Assembly (NCBI GenBank): GCA_050084515.1
Contig: CM114271.1
Span: 41,974,001-42,038,000 of the forward strand
Reading direction: 5' to 3'
Source of the DNA: Blasia pusilla
Taxonomy: Eukaryota
Length of the DNA stretch: 64,000 nucleotides
This document shows positions 48,990 to 61,770 of this stretch, in pieces. How positions within the stretch are numbered: the first letter of the stretch is position 1; each line of letters opens with the position of its first letter. The notes below the pieces were generated by a model that made no database searches, was not told where the DNA came from, and saw nothing but the letters and a program-made list of their open reading frames with translations. The position numbers and the translations under genes were made by a program.

Positions 48990-51900
48990 ACCACGTTTCA
49001 TACGTCTTTCCTTGTCTTCGATGACTTGCCTACCTTTACTTCTATGTCATTAGAGATGGATTTGGATTCTCCATCTACTCGCTTATCTGGTTTTACACGC
49101 CCTCCTACAATTGTAATCTCTCCCCCTGGTTCACCTCCTCCTCGTAGATCTCACCATTTTCCTCCATATGCTAATACACCCATTACACTCGCTACATTTC
49201 TTCCGGATTCTCCTCTTCTTCCTTCTTCGCCTTGTCTTATTGAGCCTAATTTTGATCCATTATTACCGAATTTTTCTACTTTGCCATCCCCACCTATCTC
49301 ATCTATGCCCTTTCTTCCAACTCCCATCTATTCTATCCGAATCTCCCCTTTACCCCCTCATCGTCGGCCATCACCACCTCTTGCACCTCCCACCTCCTCT
49401 CCTTGTAACCCTTCTACTTCTCCATTTGTACCAAAGGTTTGTTGCATACCTTGTGGTAAGGAGTTTGCTCCTAATGGGATCAAAAGACATCAGCGGTACT
49501 GTCGATCCATGCATGGGCCTTCAATGCCTAACCCGATACCACCTCCTACTACACTCCCCACAACAACTACTTGGACCTGGTTAAACCAAATTGATCTCCT
49601 TCGCTCTTTCCATCCAAGTCTTCCTCGTCCTAGACTCTACACTTGCATTCCAATTGCTCTTTGCCCCATCATCCAACAAGCTTTGTTGTTCCCATTAGAA
49701 AGGTTAGCACGTGACCCCACATATATCAATGCTTGGTATCTCCTATTACTCTTCCCACAATGGTTTTTAGTCCTCCCTCCAAGGGGTGGTGCAATGGATC
49801 ATCGTGAAACCTCCACACGTATTCAACGCTTTATGTCTGGGGATGAGGAGAATCTTCAGAATGAGCATATACTTCGAGCATAGGCCTTAGCTGCGGCTCA
49901 TCCCACTCAACATGCCAGTCATGGGATGCCTTCAACACAACAACGTCTTTGACGAAGTCTTCTTTTGGGGCACGTTGGTGAGTTTTCACGTGCAGCTCGA
50001 GCATTGGGCCCTCTTTCTCCGGCGGTTCCAAGTGCGGAAACAGTGGCTCTCTTAGAGTCTCTTCATCCTCCTTCAAGTGGCGATGTTCCATCTTTTGTGG
50101 AAGACTATACAACGGACCTTGACTTGGAGGTTTTCACAAGGGCTTTTCTGCATACTCTTCGTTTATCATCAAGCGGGCTATCAGGGATGGTTTTTTAGCA
50201 TCTCCGCGATTTGCTTTATCCCAGCAGATTCAACAAGTGGCTTTGTCTCTCTATATAAGGTGTGTGCACATATGGTAGCACGTCGTCTCCCATTCTCTAT
50301 CTCTATGCTCTTAGGGGCTTGTCGTTTGTTGGCTATGGATAAGTCTCCTTCAGGTGTGCGCCCTTTGGCTATTGGAGAGGTTTTATACGGCTTGGTTAGT
50401 CGATCCCTATGCTTGCAATTTTTTCCTCACTTAAGTGCCCACTTATTTCTGCATAAATTTGGAGTGGCAACTCGTGGAGATTGTGAGGCTGTGATGCATA
50501 GGATTCGCTCCACTCTTGATATTCATCCAGATTGGGTAGCAATTCAAGTCGATGTGGCTAACGCATTCAATTCAGTTTCTCCTGCGGCCATCTTTGAGGA
50601 GTTACGTTGTGTAGGAGGACAACTCGCGAGCCTCATTCCATTTGTTTGCTCCTTCTATGCCTTGGATGTGGAAAATTGCTAAACAAGCATAATTGGTGGA
50701 AAACGGCTCTCACACACACATACCACCATGGAGAACGAAATTTGCAATGAGAGAAATTGAATGGAGGCTGGTCCTCTTCTCAATTATATAGGGTATGTAC
50801 AAGCAACCCTAACCCTACCCTTAACCATAGTCTCGAGTTAGACTAATTGTGATTAACTAACCCTAGTTAGCATAATCGTGCTTAACTGACTAACCAAGAT
50901 TAAGCTTCCCCACTTCGCGTGAGTACCAAACGTAGCAATTCAAGTGTCTCATGAGCTTGACTGTAACTCAATCTTCAATATTCCCCCTCAAGCTCATGTC
51001 GATATCTTTAACGCCTAAATCCTTTCTAAACATCTCAAACTTATCTCTAGACAATGTCTCTGTAAAGATGTCAGCAATTTGCTGATTTGTATTTATATAC
51101 ACAAGATCAATTTCTCCTGAAAGCACTTTCTCTCTAATAAAATGATAGTGCATCTCAACATGCTTTGTACGAGCATGAAACACAGGGTTATTAACAAGCT
51201 TGTTGCTATAATATTGTCTGCGTATATTACACTAGATCCTAAGTTACTAACAAATAATCGATGAAGCCACACCGTCTCACATGCTGCATTGGTTGCTCTT
51301 GTGTACTCAACCTCTATTGAAGATAAAGCAATTGTAGGTTGCTTCTTTGAAGCCCAACTTATAGCTGCGCTTCCCAAAGTAAATGAATAACCAGATGTGG
51401 AGTGTTGATCAAACACGTTTCCTGCCCGATCAGCATTTGTGAATCCTTGTAATTGAAAACTCGGAGAAGGTTCAAATTAAAGCCCGAATTGAATAGAGAA
51501 TTTCATATATCGCATAATCCTCCTCACAGCATCAAGGTGAGGTTTTTGAGGTGCTTGCATAAACTGGCTCACTAGGCCAACAACATAGCTCAAATCTAGT
51601 CTGGTTAAAGTTAGATAGATCAAAATTCCAACCATGCGCCTGTACATATTAGAATCTGCAAGCAGCTCTCCTTCATCCACTCTTAGCTTCACGCTCTGGT
51701 CCAACGGTGTAGAGATTGGCTTACAAGCCGTCATATCATATTTTGAAAGCATATGAAGAGCACATTGTTGTTATAGTAATCACATGCTCTCTCCAACCTT
51801 CATAAACTCAATACCAAGGAAGTACTTGAGTTCTCCCAAGTCCTTCATATCAAATTATTGCGTGTTACTTAAGCTTGACTTGTTGTACCATTTCTTCAAT

Positions 51901-54900
51901 ACTCCCTAGTAATCAAGAGATCGTCAACATACAACACAGTCATATTCTCCCCCTCAACATACAAGTTTAGAGGTGGAATAGGCTCAGATGGAGCATACAA
52001 TGACTTTAGTTCATCAAAGATAACATCTCCACTAATAATAAGTTGCCTAGAGGATGGAATGCAACACTTATATCCCTTAGTTCCATCAACATAACCAATG
52101 AAGATGCATCTTTCAGACTTGGGGTCTAATTTCTTACGTCTCTCAGAAGGAACATGAGCATAACAAATACAGCCAAATACTTTCAAGAAGGAAAAATCAT
52201 GTTTATTTCCTTTGAAGACTTCGAATGGAGTTTTATCATGAACTCCTAATGTTGGAGTTTGGTTGATTAAGAAGATTGCACATGCTACAGCCTCTGCCCA
52301 ATACACCTTAGGCATGTTCTTCTCATTCAACATAGCTCGTGTCGCTTCAGCAATGTGTCGATTCTTCCTCTCAACCACTCCATTTTGTTATGGAGTATAA
52401 CGGTAAGTCAATTGACGTTGGATGCAATTCTGACGTAAATAATCATCAATCTCTGTTGAAAGATACTCTCCTCCTCCATCACAACGCAATTTCATAATGT
52501 GTTCTCCAGTCTTCTTCTCTACTAGAACTCTGAATGTTTGGAATACTGAGAATACCTCTGACTTGGCGTTCAGAAAGTATATCTATATATACCTAGAGAA
52601 ATCATCAATAAATAAAACAAAGTACTGGCAACCACTAAGGCTATGTTGTGATGTTGTCCACACATCACTCTGGATCAACTCCAATATCTCGGATGATCTT
52701 ATACCTTGCTTTGGAAAATGAAATCTAGCTTGTTTTCCAAATTGGCAAATAGGACATACCTCTAACGTAGTAGGACTCGCTAATTTAGGGAATCCTATTA
52801 CTATATTAGATGATGAAAGACTCTTTAATCTTTGAACATTCCTATATCCAATTCTTTTATGCCACACATTTAGATCTATGACTTGTTGGCCGATTTGACC
52901 ATACATTGTTGTTTGAATCTCTGGCACAGAAATATCTAATTTGAACATTCTGCCAGATCTAGTTCCTTTGGATATCATAGTCTGGTCATCTATTGTTTCA
53001 ATGAAATAACTATCTGCGTTAAACTTCACTTGATAACCCTGTTCTACTATCTGTTATACAGAGATCAAATTTCTTGCAATGATAGGAAGATAGAGAATAT
53101 TTCCAAGAGCACAAAGACCATCTAATGCTATTGGAACTTTACCGGTATGTGTGATATGATGTTGAGTGTCATCTCATGTGAGTACAATTGTAGGATCTTT
53201 GACCGACTCAAAACTACTAAACCATTTAGCTTGTGAGATCATGTGATTTGATGCACCAAAGTTAATGCACCAATCTGTTGTCGAGTCTTTCTTGACCATT
53301 GCTCCCATATGATGAGTCATGACCAAGAGATGCTTCGTTTGTGAATGTTGTTGTTCTTGGTACTGCTCTTGATGTTGTTGCTCCACATAGTTTTGTTTCT
53401 GTAAGGCTCATGTTCTCATATCTACCTTCTTCTTGAAGCAAAACATTGAAGCCTTCTTCATGACCCTTGCCTCTGTTTGATCCATAAACTGCAAATAGCG
53501 CACTCTCTTGCAGACTAGACGAGCTACCGTTGCCTACTAGACGCATCTCTATATTGATCAACAGAGGAACTAACTCTTGAAAGGTTGGATACTTCTCTCT
53601 CACAGAGATAGAGGTCTCAAAGGACTTGTAATCCTTTGGAAGGCCTTGAAGAGTGAATAAAATCAGATCATCATCTTCTACTATCACTCCAATGCTATTC
53701 AACTGATCAACAATATGTCTGATACTCAAAATATAATCATTGATGTTCTGCGATCCTTTCCTCACTTCGTTCAATTGTTGTTTCAATTGAATCTTTCTGG
53801 CCTTTGTAGATGTCTAGAAGAGCTTTTCCAATGCATCCTAGGGCTTCTTTGGAGTATCAACATCTTGGATGTGACCTATCATTGGCGACCTGATCGTTAT
53901 TGAAATGTAGTGGATTACTTGCGTTGCGGGTTTGTTCCAAGCGCGAACATTCAAGTCTGTTGAGTCACCTTCTCGCTTTGCCTCATTATCTGTGACACAC
54001 TCCCATAGTTCTTGACCCATGAGAAATTTTTTCACGCGAAACTTCAAGACATTGTATTTCTGCTTATCTAGCTTCTCGCTTGTGATTGATGCTGAGGAAT
54101 ACTCCATGATAAACGATTTCATTCATAAAAATATAATTTCAGGCTTTCTATTGCTCCAATTGAAGCATAGACCACTCCTACACAGAAATTGACCTGAAAT
54201 TTGCCAAAATTGATCAATTGTATGAAAGAACTAGTCAAAATTGGTCTGTAGAGAGCAAACTGCACAACTTTTCTTCACTAATTGTACTTTCCTACATTGA
54301 AATTGCTACTGCAGGAGCTTAGAGTGTCAGAATCGAGCAATTTTGGGTGCGTTGGAAAGCTCTTGACGAGCTCTATAAAATGGGTAAAACCAGACTTTGA
54401 TATTATTTTAGCGGACCCAAACGGCTGAATCGACCGGGAAAGCTCTAAAAAATACCTCCAAAGTTTTATCACTGTCAAAGCTCCACCTGAAATCTACACC
54501 CACTGAGCTCTGAATAAAATTTCCTTCTCCCAAAATAAAATTGTGCCTTCTCTTGCCTCTCTTCTCTCTTCAAACTCTAAGAATTTCAAGTGATGTTCTC
54601 CTCCCGCTCTGATACCATGTGGAAAACTGCTAAACAAGCATAATTGGTGGAAAACGGCTCACACACACCACCATGGAGAACGAAATTTAAAATGAGAGAA
54701 ATTGAGTGGAGGCTGGTCCTCTTCTCAATTATATAGGATATGTACAAGCAACTCTTACCCTACCCTTAACCATACTCTCGAGTTAGAATAATTATGATTA
54801 ACTAATCCTAGTTAGGATAATTGTGCTTAACTGACTAACCAAGATTAAGCTTCTCTATTTCGTGTGAGTACCAAATGTAGCCGTTCAGGTGTCTCATGAG

Positions 54901-56872
54901 CTTGACTCTAACTCAATCTTCAATATTTGATACGCCCATTATCTATTCCCATCATGCTACTTCTGGGGAATATAGTATTCTACAATCGACTTGAGGCACA
55001 CGTCAAAGTGATCCCATGGGTGGGCCACTCTTTGCCATTGCCCATTTTCGTGCCCTTCGAGCATCAGCACAACCATTTCCATCTTGTCTTTTCCGTTCTA
55101 TTGCTGATGACACTCACATTATACATCCTCCTTCTGAAGTGGTTCCTGCTTATACCCATTTTGTGGAGCAACTCTCTTTCTTAAACCTTAAAGTCCAACC
55201 TAGTAAATGTGGATTATGGTCTCCTTCTTGCCTTCCCTCAACATTCACCCCCATCTACTCCTGATTTTCCCATCTATATTGAAGGGGTTAGAGTTCTTGG
55301 GGTCCCGATTGGCTTCATCGACTATGTCTCAAAGTTCTTGGATGAGGCCCTTTAATTTGAAAGACGTGGAATGGCTTCATTTGTTACCTCATCTAGGAGA
55401 TCCCCAAGTGGCTTATGGGATTCTCTCCCAATGTTTTCTACGACATCCTTCCTACCTTCTTCGCACTTGTCCTCCCACTTCAAGGTTCTTACATCGGTTG
55501 GCATCTTTTGACGCTTCTATCTTGGCAACTTTTGGTCAACTTCTTGGCCCGAATACCTTTGAGGAGAGGATGGTGTCTTGCCTATTTCTTTTGGAGGGGT
55601 GGGACTGTCCTCCACAATCGCAGTTGCTCCGGCAGCCTTTTTGGGGAGTTGGGCGTTGGTAGCACCGATTATGGCTTCTAGGTTTCTCCAAGGAGATACA
55701 CCTATCTTGATGGATCATATCGCCCATGTAGAGGAGGGGGACTTATTATTTCAACAAAAACTAAGATCTGCACGAACTCTTCTTCCTCTTGCTACACAAG
55801 CAATTCTATCCCCTTTCTGTCAACTGATTACGGAAGGGCTTGATCGACTTCAAGAGCATATCTCATAGAATCTGCATCAAATCAACTTTTCCATCATTCT
55901 CTCCGAGGCATCCTCTGACGCTAATCGAGCTCATCTACGTTCATGTGTGGGTACTGGAGCAAGGGCGTGGCTTACTGCAAATCCTCTTATTCTTCCATTT
56001 CATCTTCGTTGAAGTATATTCTTGAAAGCTTTGCGGTTATGTCTTGGACTTCCCCACCCTTCTCTCTTAGGTGTGTTGAATTGTGTATGCGGGGATCCCA
56101 TTGATGCCAAGGGTATCCATATTCTCCGATGTGCACATGGTGGAGAATGAACGGCCACACATGATGTCATTAGAGAGGCGGTAGCATCAGGTGCTTGTAC
56201 TGCAAGATACACCGTTGGGCAAGAGCAAATCCATGTCCTACCTTCAACCACACAAGCAAACTCTCGTCGAAGAGTGGATCTTGTTATGTCTCGAGGTGGA
56301 ATCCGGACACTAGGTGATGTGGTGGTTGCTAATCCAACACGTTCTGACTTGGTATTTTGAGCCGCACATACCAAAGGTTTGCCGACCGAAGCTGCAGCAA
56401 GAATCAAGGAGTTAAGTTATGTTGTGAGACATGTGACTGATGGATTTATTCCTTTTGCAGTGGAAGTATTCGGTCATTTACATTTGTCTTTTGATACTTT
56501 CCTGAAAACATGTGCTCACCATTCCCTCGAGAATCATCACCTTGTTCCTTCCCATAATCCTTCTCTCTCGATAGTTACTACTTATTTTCGGCAATGCATC
56601 TCAGTGGCCTTACAATGTGCACAAGCCTTGGCATTGATACGTCGTGCGGAGGGTCGCTCGCCTCGTCGTCCATTCACATCTGACCAACCACTCGTATTCT
56701 TGTCATATTTGTTTCAGGCTATCAATCATGTAGCTCGTTGAGTCGATGTTTGCGTTGGCTTGTTGCCATTTTCCTTTTACATTCTTTTATGCATTTTTTA
56801 CTCCTCTTTTGAATTGTTATTACTTTTTTCTATCTTCTTTTGAAGTTTATTTTATAATAAAGTAGATATATT
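48990..56872 (+). mobile_element. Near full-length RLE non-LTR retrotransposon (CRE-like), copy 3, interrupted by Copia
   Basis: Single-ORF layout. Pro-rich N-terminus, zinc finger CIPCGKEFAPNGIKRHQRYC, RT (GVRPLAIGE, QVDVANAFNS, DPMGGPLF, IADD), CCHC knuckle and RLE. The 3'UTR has AATAAA followed by GTAGATATAT. The 5' end is approximate. Confidence 0.9.
50667..54925 (-). mobile_element. Internally deleted Ty1/Copia element of the same family as 5533-10758
   Basis: LTRs at 54618-54925 (5') and 50667-50980 (3'). PBS TGGTATCAGAGC at 54606-54617 on the minus strand. PPT present. TSD TTGGA/TTTGA, where the uninterrupted RLE copy 2 has a single TTTGA. Most of the RT N-terminal part is missing. 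Confidence 0.96.
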
Positions 56873-58042
56873 TTAAATTTAACTTCTTAAAATGATATAT
56901 GTAAGTCGGAAAGGAGTCCTTAAGAGACAAATATCAAAGGTAAAAAAAATTCTTAAAATATTTCGTCTCTCATAAATATATATTTTTTAAATGAAAACAT
57001 TTAAAACACATATTACATAACATAAAATGTTTAAATATCTTATCCATCTTCTTTAACGGAAAATATATAGATGTCACTAAGATGTGACCCGAAGAGAATG
57101 CGAAAGAACCGAACAGTCTGGAAAGTACGTCGTGTAACTTTGTTCTTGTAGTAAGTTTCGTTTGTACCACGACATCCATTTTGGCACGGCAACTTGGCGG
57201 CTGGCATCCTGCCTTGATTTCAGTTCGTACGTGTTTCGGGGGACTGACGCTTGGCCCGGTCGATCAGATCGGAACCACTCTACTATAAACACGTGTCGAT
57301 ATCAACCGATCGCTGGATGTGACTCATGTGAAGTGCGAAATCAGATACTAGTTATTCTCAATAAAGTCACGGACGGACTTCCACTGCGTTCTACTTTTGC
57401 ATCTACTTTCATTAAGCATAAATAATTACTGCTTACTGAACAGTTAATTAAGGACCTGTGCGGGAAATTAAAAAGGATTTGAATAGCTAGTTTGTAAGAA
57501 TATTAAAAAAAGGTTTTTTTAATAATATATCCAATTTCAGTAAGACAATTTTTCATATATTTTTTTTGTTAATAGTCGAAGAATAACTTATTCCTTTCCC
57601 AATCCCCGTCTTTCAATAAGTAAATAAAATAAAATCATTTATTTTCTTGAATTTTTTTCCAAAAAAAGAATTTATATTTTATTTCAATTTAAAATATATA
57701 TATAATATTTCTTCCATTATTTTGAAGAATAATTCTTGTCCCATTTGTGTCCAATTCTCTTTTTCATTTTTCCCCAAATCGTAAATTATTTTTTCCCTCA
57801 AACCTAAAATTTAAATATTTTTGTCATAATTTTTTTATATGAACATTGAAAAAATAATTTTAAATTTTAAAATGAGAAAAGATAATAAAAATGAATGATA
57901 GAAGATTTCATACGAAAGATGTTTGAATCTGAGTTAATTATTATTATTTATAAATTTATGAATTAAAATTTTTATTTGATCATTAAAATCTTACCCATTC
58001 TTTTTTTTGCTTAGTATAGGGTAGATTTTTTCAAAAAAAATC

Positions 58043-58108
58043 ATGCGTATCATCCTTGCACAAGGCCATGCAAATCTTCTCGGTATATATCGTTCCAATT
58101 TTATCGGA
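58043..58108 (-). pseudogene. U6 snRNA pseudogene fragment
   Basis: The minus strand reads TCCGATAAAATTGGAACGATATATACCGAGAAGATTTGCATGGCCTTGTGCAAGGATGATACGCAT, matching the U6 core. The ACAGAGA box and AGC triad are mutated, and the 5' stem-loop and 3' end are missing. Confidence 0.9.
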
Positions 58109-58951
58109 ACAATAAAATTCATGAATCAATCATGGAAAAATCTGATAGGTGTCATTCATTCATTCATTCATGGTCTTCAAAGTGAACTAACGCCCTTGAG
58201 TGTATGATTAAGAGAGGATGAATTTGGCTTCCTTCCATTATCACCTATCTTTTGAGGTTTATTTAGACACATGTCAATTAGAGGGAAGAAGTTAAATTAA
58301 AAAGTAAGAAGAAATGATTAAATTAAGAAGAGATTTAAGTTAAATGAAGAGGGGAAACGAGCACCAACTCCGCGAATAATCAAATGTCACTTTTTCCAAC
58401 ATATGACTTCTTACTTACATTTTTTAAAGTGATATTAAGGATTCCTACTTCACCAAAATTTAGAATTTTGGGCCCATATCCACAATATTATCATCAACCA
58501 CCATCTTTTTGGCCGAATTGAGGAGAGGAAGGAGCTGTTCTACCATGACAAGCACCATTAGGCCAATACCAACATGATGGATTGTTAATAGGTCTTAGAG
58601 GCCTACTATCTTCTTTGGATGGAGACAAAACACATCCGTTGACCAAAGAGAAGATGCATGACACAAATGAAAATAAAGGTCGAGTTCTATTGGGGGATAA
58701 GACTAATAAAGATGCAAGAGGTGTTTTGAATGACCTAAATAAAGGTTGTAATATTAGTTTTGATAGGATTGGGGAGAGTTCCAATTGCCTTGTACATAGG
58801 AGCGTTATTACCATAACCTTTTGTGGGGAGAGTGCTTTGGATAATAGCAAAGTTATTCTTGTCCATTATAGTTGGGGAGTTTAATTATGAATTCCTAAAA
58901 AACTTTTGATTTGGAATCCGAATACAACATTTTGAAGGGAAACATCAACAC

Positions 58952-59330
58952 TTGTCTAAGGAGCATGAGAGACTAAAGAGAGAGATGGAGAGGATTCTAA
59001 ACAATGTAGTGGATCCAAATACCACCAACTATGCTTCTACAATGCTAGCACCAACACCTCTCACTCCAAGCATTCAAGAGAAAGATATTCCAAATTATAT
59101 GAGGGCGATCGCCATAGCTAAAGGAAGGATCCTCACACAAAAAAATGGCCAAAATGTATCATTTGCTTCAACCCGATTACCGTAGAAGGTTGTTATGTGA
59201 CAAACATATGTAAAATCTGTTATTGGCATCCATACTATCTTGAAAAAGCCATGTTATCATCACACATGTGTCAAACGTGTAGAAAACCTTGGTTAGTAAG
59301 GTTGTATCATCTTTCTGGCATATCTTTCTA
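58952..59330 (+). pseudogene. Coiled-coil plus RING-finger-like coding remnant
   Basis: After a probable frameshift in the A-run at about 59139-59145, the frame reads KWPKCIICFNPITVEGCYVTNICKICYWHPYYLEKAMLSSHMCQTCRKPW. This has RING-like spacing with some ligands mutated. Confidence 0.5.
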
Positions 59331-60744
59331 TCCGCCTGATAGTAATGCACTAACTTTGTATCGTAAGCGATCGTAAGAGCAAGAGAATTTCACTTTCAGT
59401 TTGGAACATTGTAACTTGAGATCAAATTATAACCTTGAAGTGAACAAAGATGGGGTGCTTCAAGGAGAAAATCTCATGGCAACAAAGAATTGATCGAGAG
59501 ATACGATCATGGCTCATTGAGATGTACAATCAAGGAGAGCTTATTCACGAAATTTCCATGGATCTCCAAAATTAAGAGGCGCAGAACTTCTTCTTTAGGC
59601 AGGGGTCAAATCCACAAGAAGTCTCGAATGCCCTCAACACATCTCTTCAGCAAGTTCTAAACGATCATCAAAATCCATTGATGGATGATCCTGTCTTGAG
59701 GATACTCGAATTGATCTTGCCACTTTTCTTATTGCAACATATTCCTCAAAGGATGAAAGGGGGATATCCACCATATATCATTATCCCCATGAATGCATGA
59801 GGAATTTATCAGATTCTTTGAAAGAGATTGTGTTGCAACCCTCATGACCAAACGAGCGCCAAGCGGAACATCAAAAATCTAGTGGGCTCACACGCGCTTG
59901 GATGATTTGCGCGTTGGAGAGGTTTCTTGAAGGAGATACAAGATATGGTACGCAAACAAGGTTGAACTTTTCATGCGTTTATGGTCGTGACTAGGAAGCC
60001 TAAACCAAATGTGGACCAAAACTTAAGAGGAGTGGAGTCTAGGAAGAGAGGTTGCCAAAGAGGTGAAAATTGGATTTGAACGTGGCTAGTGTTTGGGATT
60101 TCTACTATATTTTGGACCATAAATTTTAGTCCTAAGATGTTTTTGGGACAAGAAGTTGGCGTTGGAAAGCTTATGCAAAATTTATTCCAATGCACTCAAG
60201 ATGTGAGCAATTGCATAAGCAGAGACTAGGAAACTTCGCAAAAATGACTAAAGAGGGAGTTGGGTTGAGGGCCAAGAAGAGGGGCCGGAGAGTCTTTTCT
60301 CAAAAGATAGGGGTAGGGCAGAGAACCCCATGAGTACTAGTAATGGGGAAGGTCTCCATGAATGCTTGGGACTCAAATCTCACTTTGGGATGCCGCGTGG
60401 CGAACCAAGGGCATGGAATGGATTGGGAATTTGGTGTTGGGAGTTGAAACTTGAACCAAGTCCAATAGAGTGGATTTCGGAGGCCACTATTGGATTCCAA
60501 CCCACAACTCATTTAATTGCCTCTTGGTTAAGCACTCATGCGAGGTCCATTGGATAATTGGGACCATCAAGCGTACGAAGGCTATTTTAGGTGCCTTGAC
60601 TATCCAAAAAGTCTATCCCAAGTCTCGGAAGACTTGCCCGTGTTGGGAAGTGAGGAACTATTGAAGATTCACTTACAATCAAGCTCATTCGACAATCGAA
60701 TTTCTATATTTTGTACTCAAACGAAGTAGAAAAGCTTATTCTTG

Positions 60745-61770
60745 GTCACTTAGTTAAACACAATTAGTCTATGGTTAGTTAATCATAATTAGACTATGGT
60801 TAGTTAATCACAATTAGTCTAACTATGGTTAGCTAATCATAATTAGTCTAACTATGGTTAGTTAATCATATTTTGTCTAAATCAGGACTATAGTTAGGAT
60901 TAGTGTTAGGGTTGCTTTTACATGCCCTATATAATTAAGAAGGGGACTAACCTCCACTCATTCTCTTACTGCAAAATTTCATTCTCCATGGTGGTATGTG
61001 AGAGTTGTTTCCCACCATATATGCTTCTTTAGTAGTTTTCTACATTATATCAGAACGATAGGAGAACATCACTTGAAATTCTTGGTGTTCAAAAAGAGAA
61101 GAGAGGCAAGAGAAGGAAAATTTCAATTTGGGAGAAGGAAATTTCTTTTAGAGCTAGTGGCAAAAGATTTCATGTGGAGCTGTGACGATGATAAAATTTT
61201 GAAGGTGTTTTTTTGGGCTTTCTCGATCGATTAAGAAATCTGGGTCCGTAATGATTAGAATGACACGAATGGTGGATCAAATTTTCTTGTGGAACTCACC
61301 GAGAGCTTTCCAACGCATCCAAATTCGCTTGATTCTGACATTTTGAGCTCCTGCAATAGCAATTTTAGTATAGGAAAGTGCAATTGGTGAAGGAAAGTTG
61401 TGAAGTTTGCTCTGAATAGGCCAATTTTGACTAGTTCTTCCATACAATTGGTCAATTTTGGAAAATATCATATCAATTTCTATTTAGGAGTGGTCTTTCT
61501 ATGCTTCAATTGGAGTAGTGGAGAGCCTGAAATTATGTCTTCATGAGTAAAATCATTTTTCATGAAGTATTTCTCAATAGCAATCACAAGTGAGAAGCTA
61601 TATAAGCAGAACTACAATGTCTTGAAGTTTCAAATGAAAAAAATTCTCATGGGTCGAGAAGTATGGGTGATTTTTATAGGTGATGAATCCCAGCCATGAG
61701 GTGACTCCATAGACTTGAATATCCACGCTTGGAACAAGCGCGTAAGGCAAAAAATCCACTATATTATAGA
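60745..61770 (+). mobile_element. Truncated third Copia family member (partial LTR, leader, gag start)
   Basis: LTR ends TTTTCTACA at about 61044. PBS is decayed (TTATATCAGAAC). The leader and gag start align with 5845-6560. Confidence 0.88.

Noticed and set aside
57070-57420. GC-richer patch with CTATAAA and CACGTG
   Set aside because: Short motifs are expected by chance and no downstream gene is evident.
47598-58108. Site-specific insertion of RLE copy 3 at the tRNA or U6
   Set aside because: Both RNA loci are more than 1 kb from the element ends, and copies 1 and 2 have unrelated flanks.
58043-58108. Functional U6 gene
   Set aside because: It is truncated and the ACAGAGA box and AGC triad are mutated.
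60750-60900. CRISPR-like array
   Set aside because: The units are contiguous with no unique spacers, lie inside a Copia LTR, and have no cas genes nearby in a eukaryotic context.
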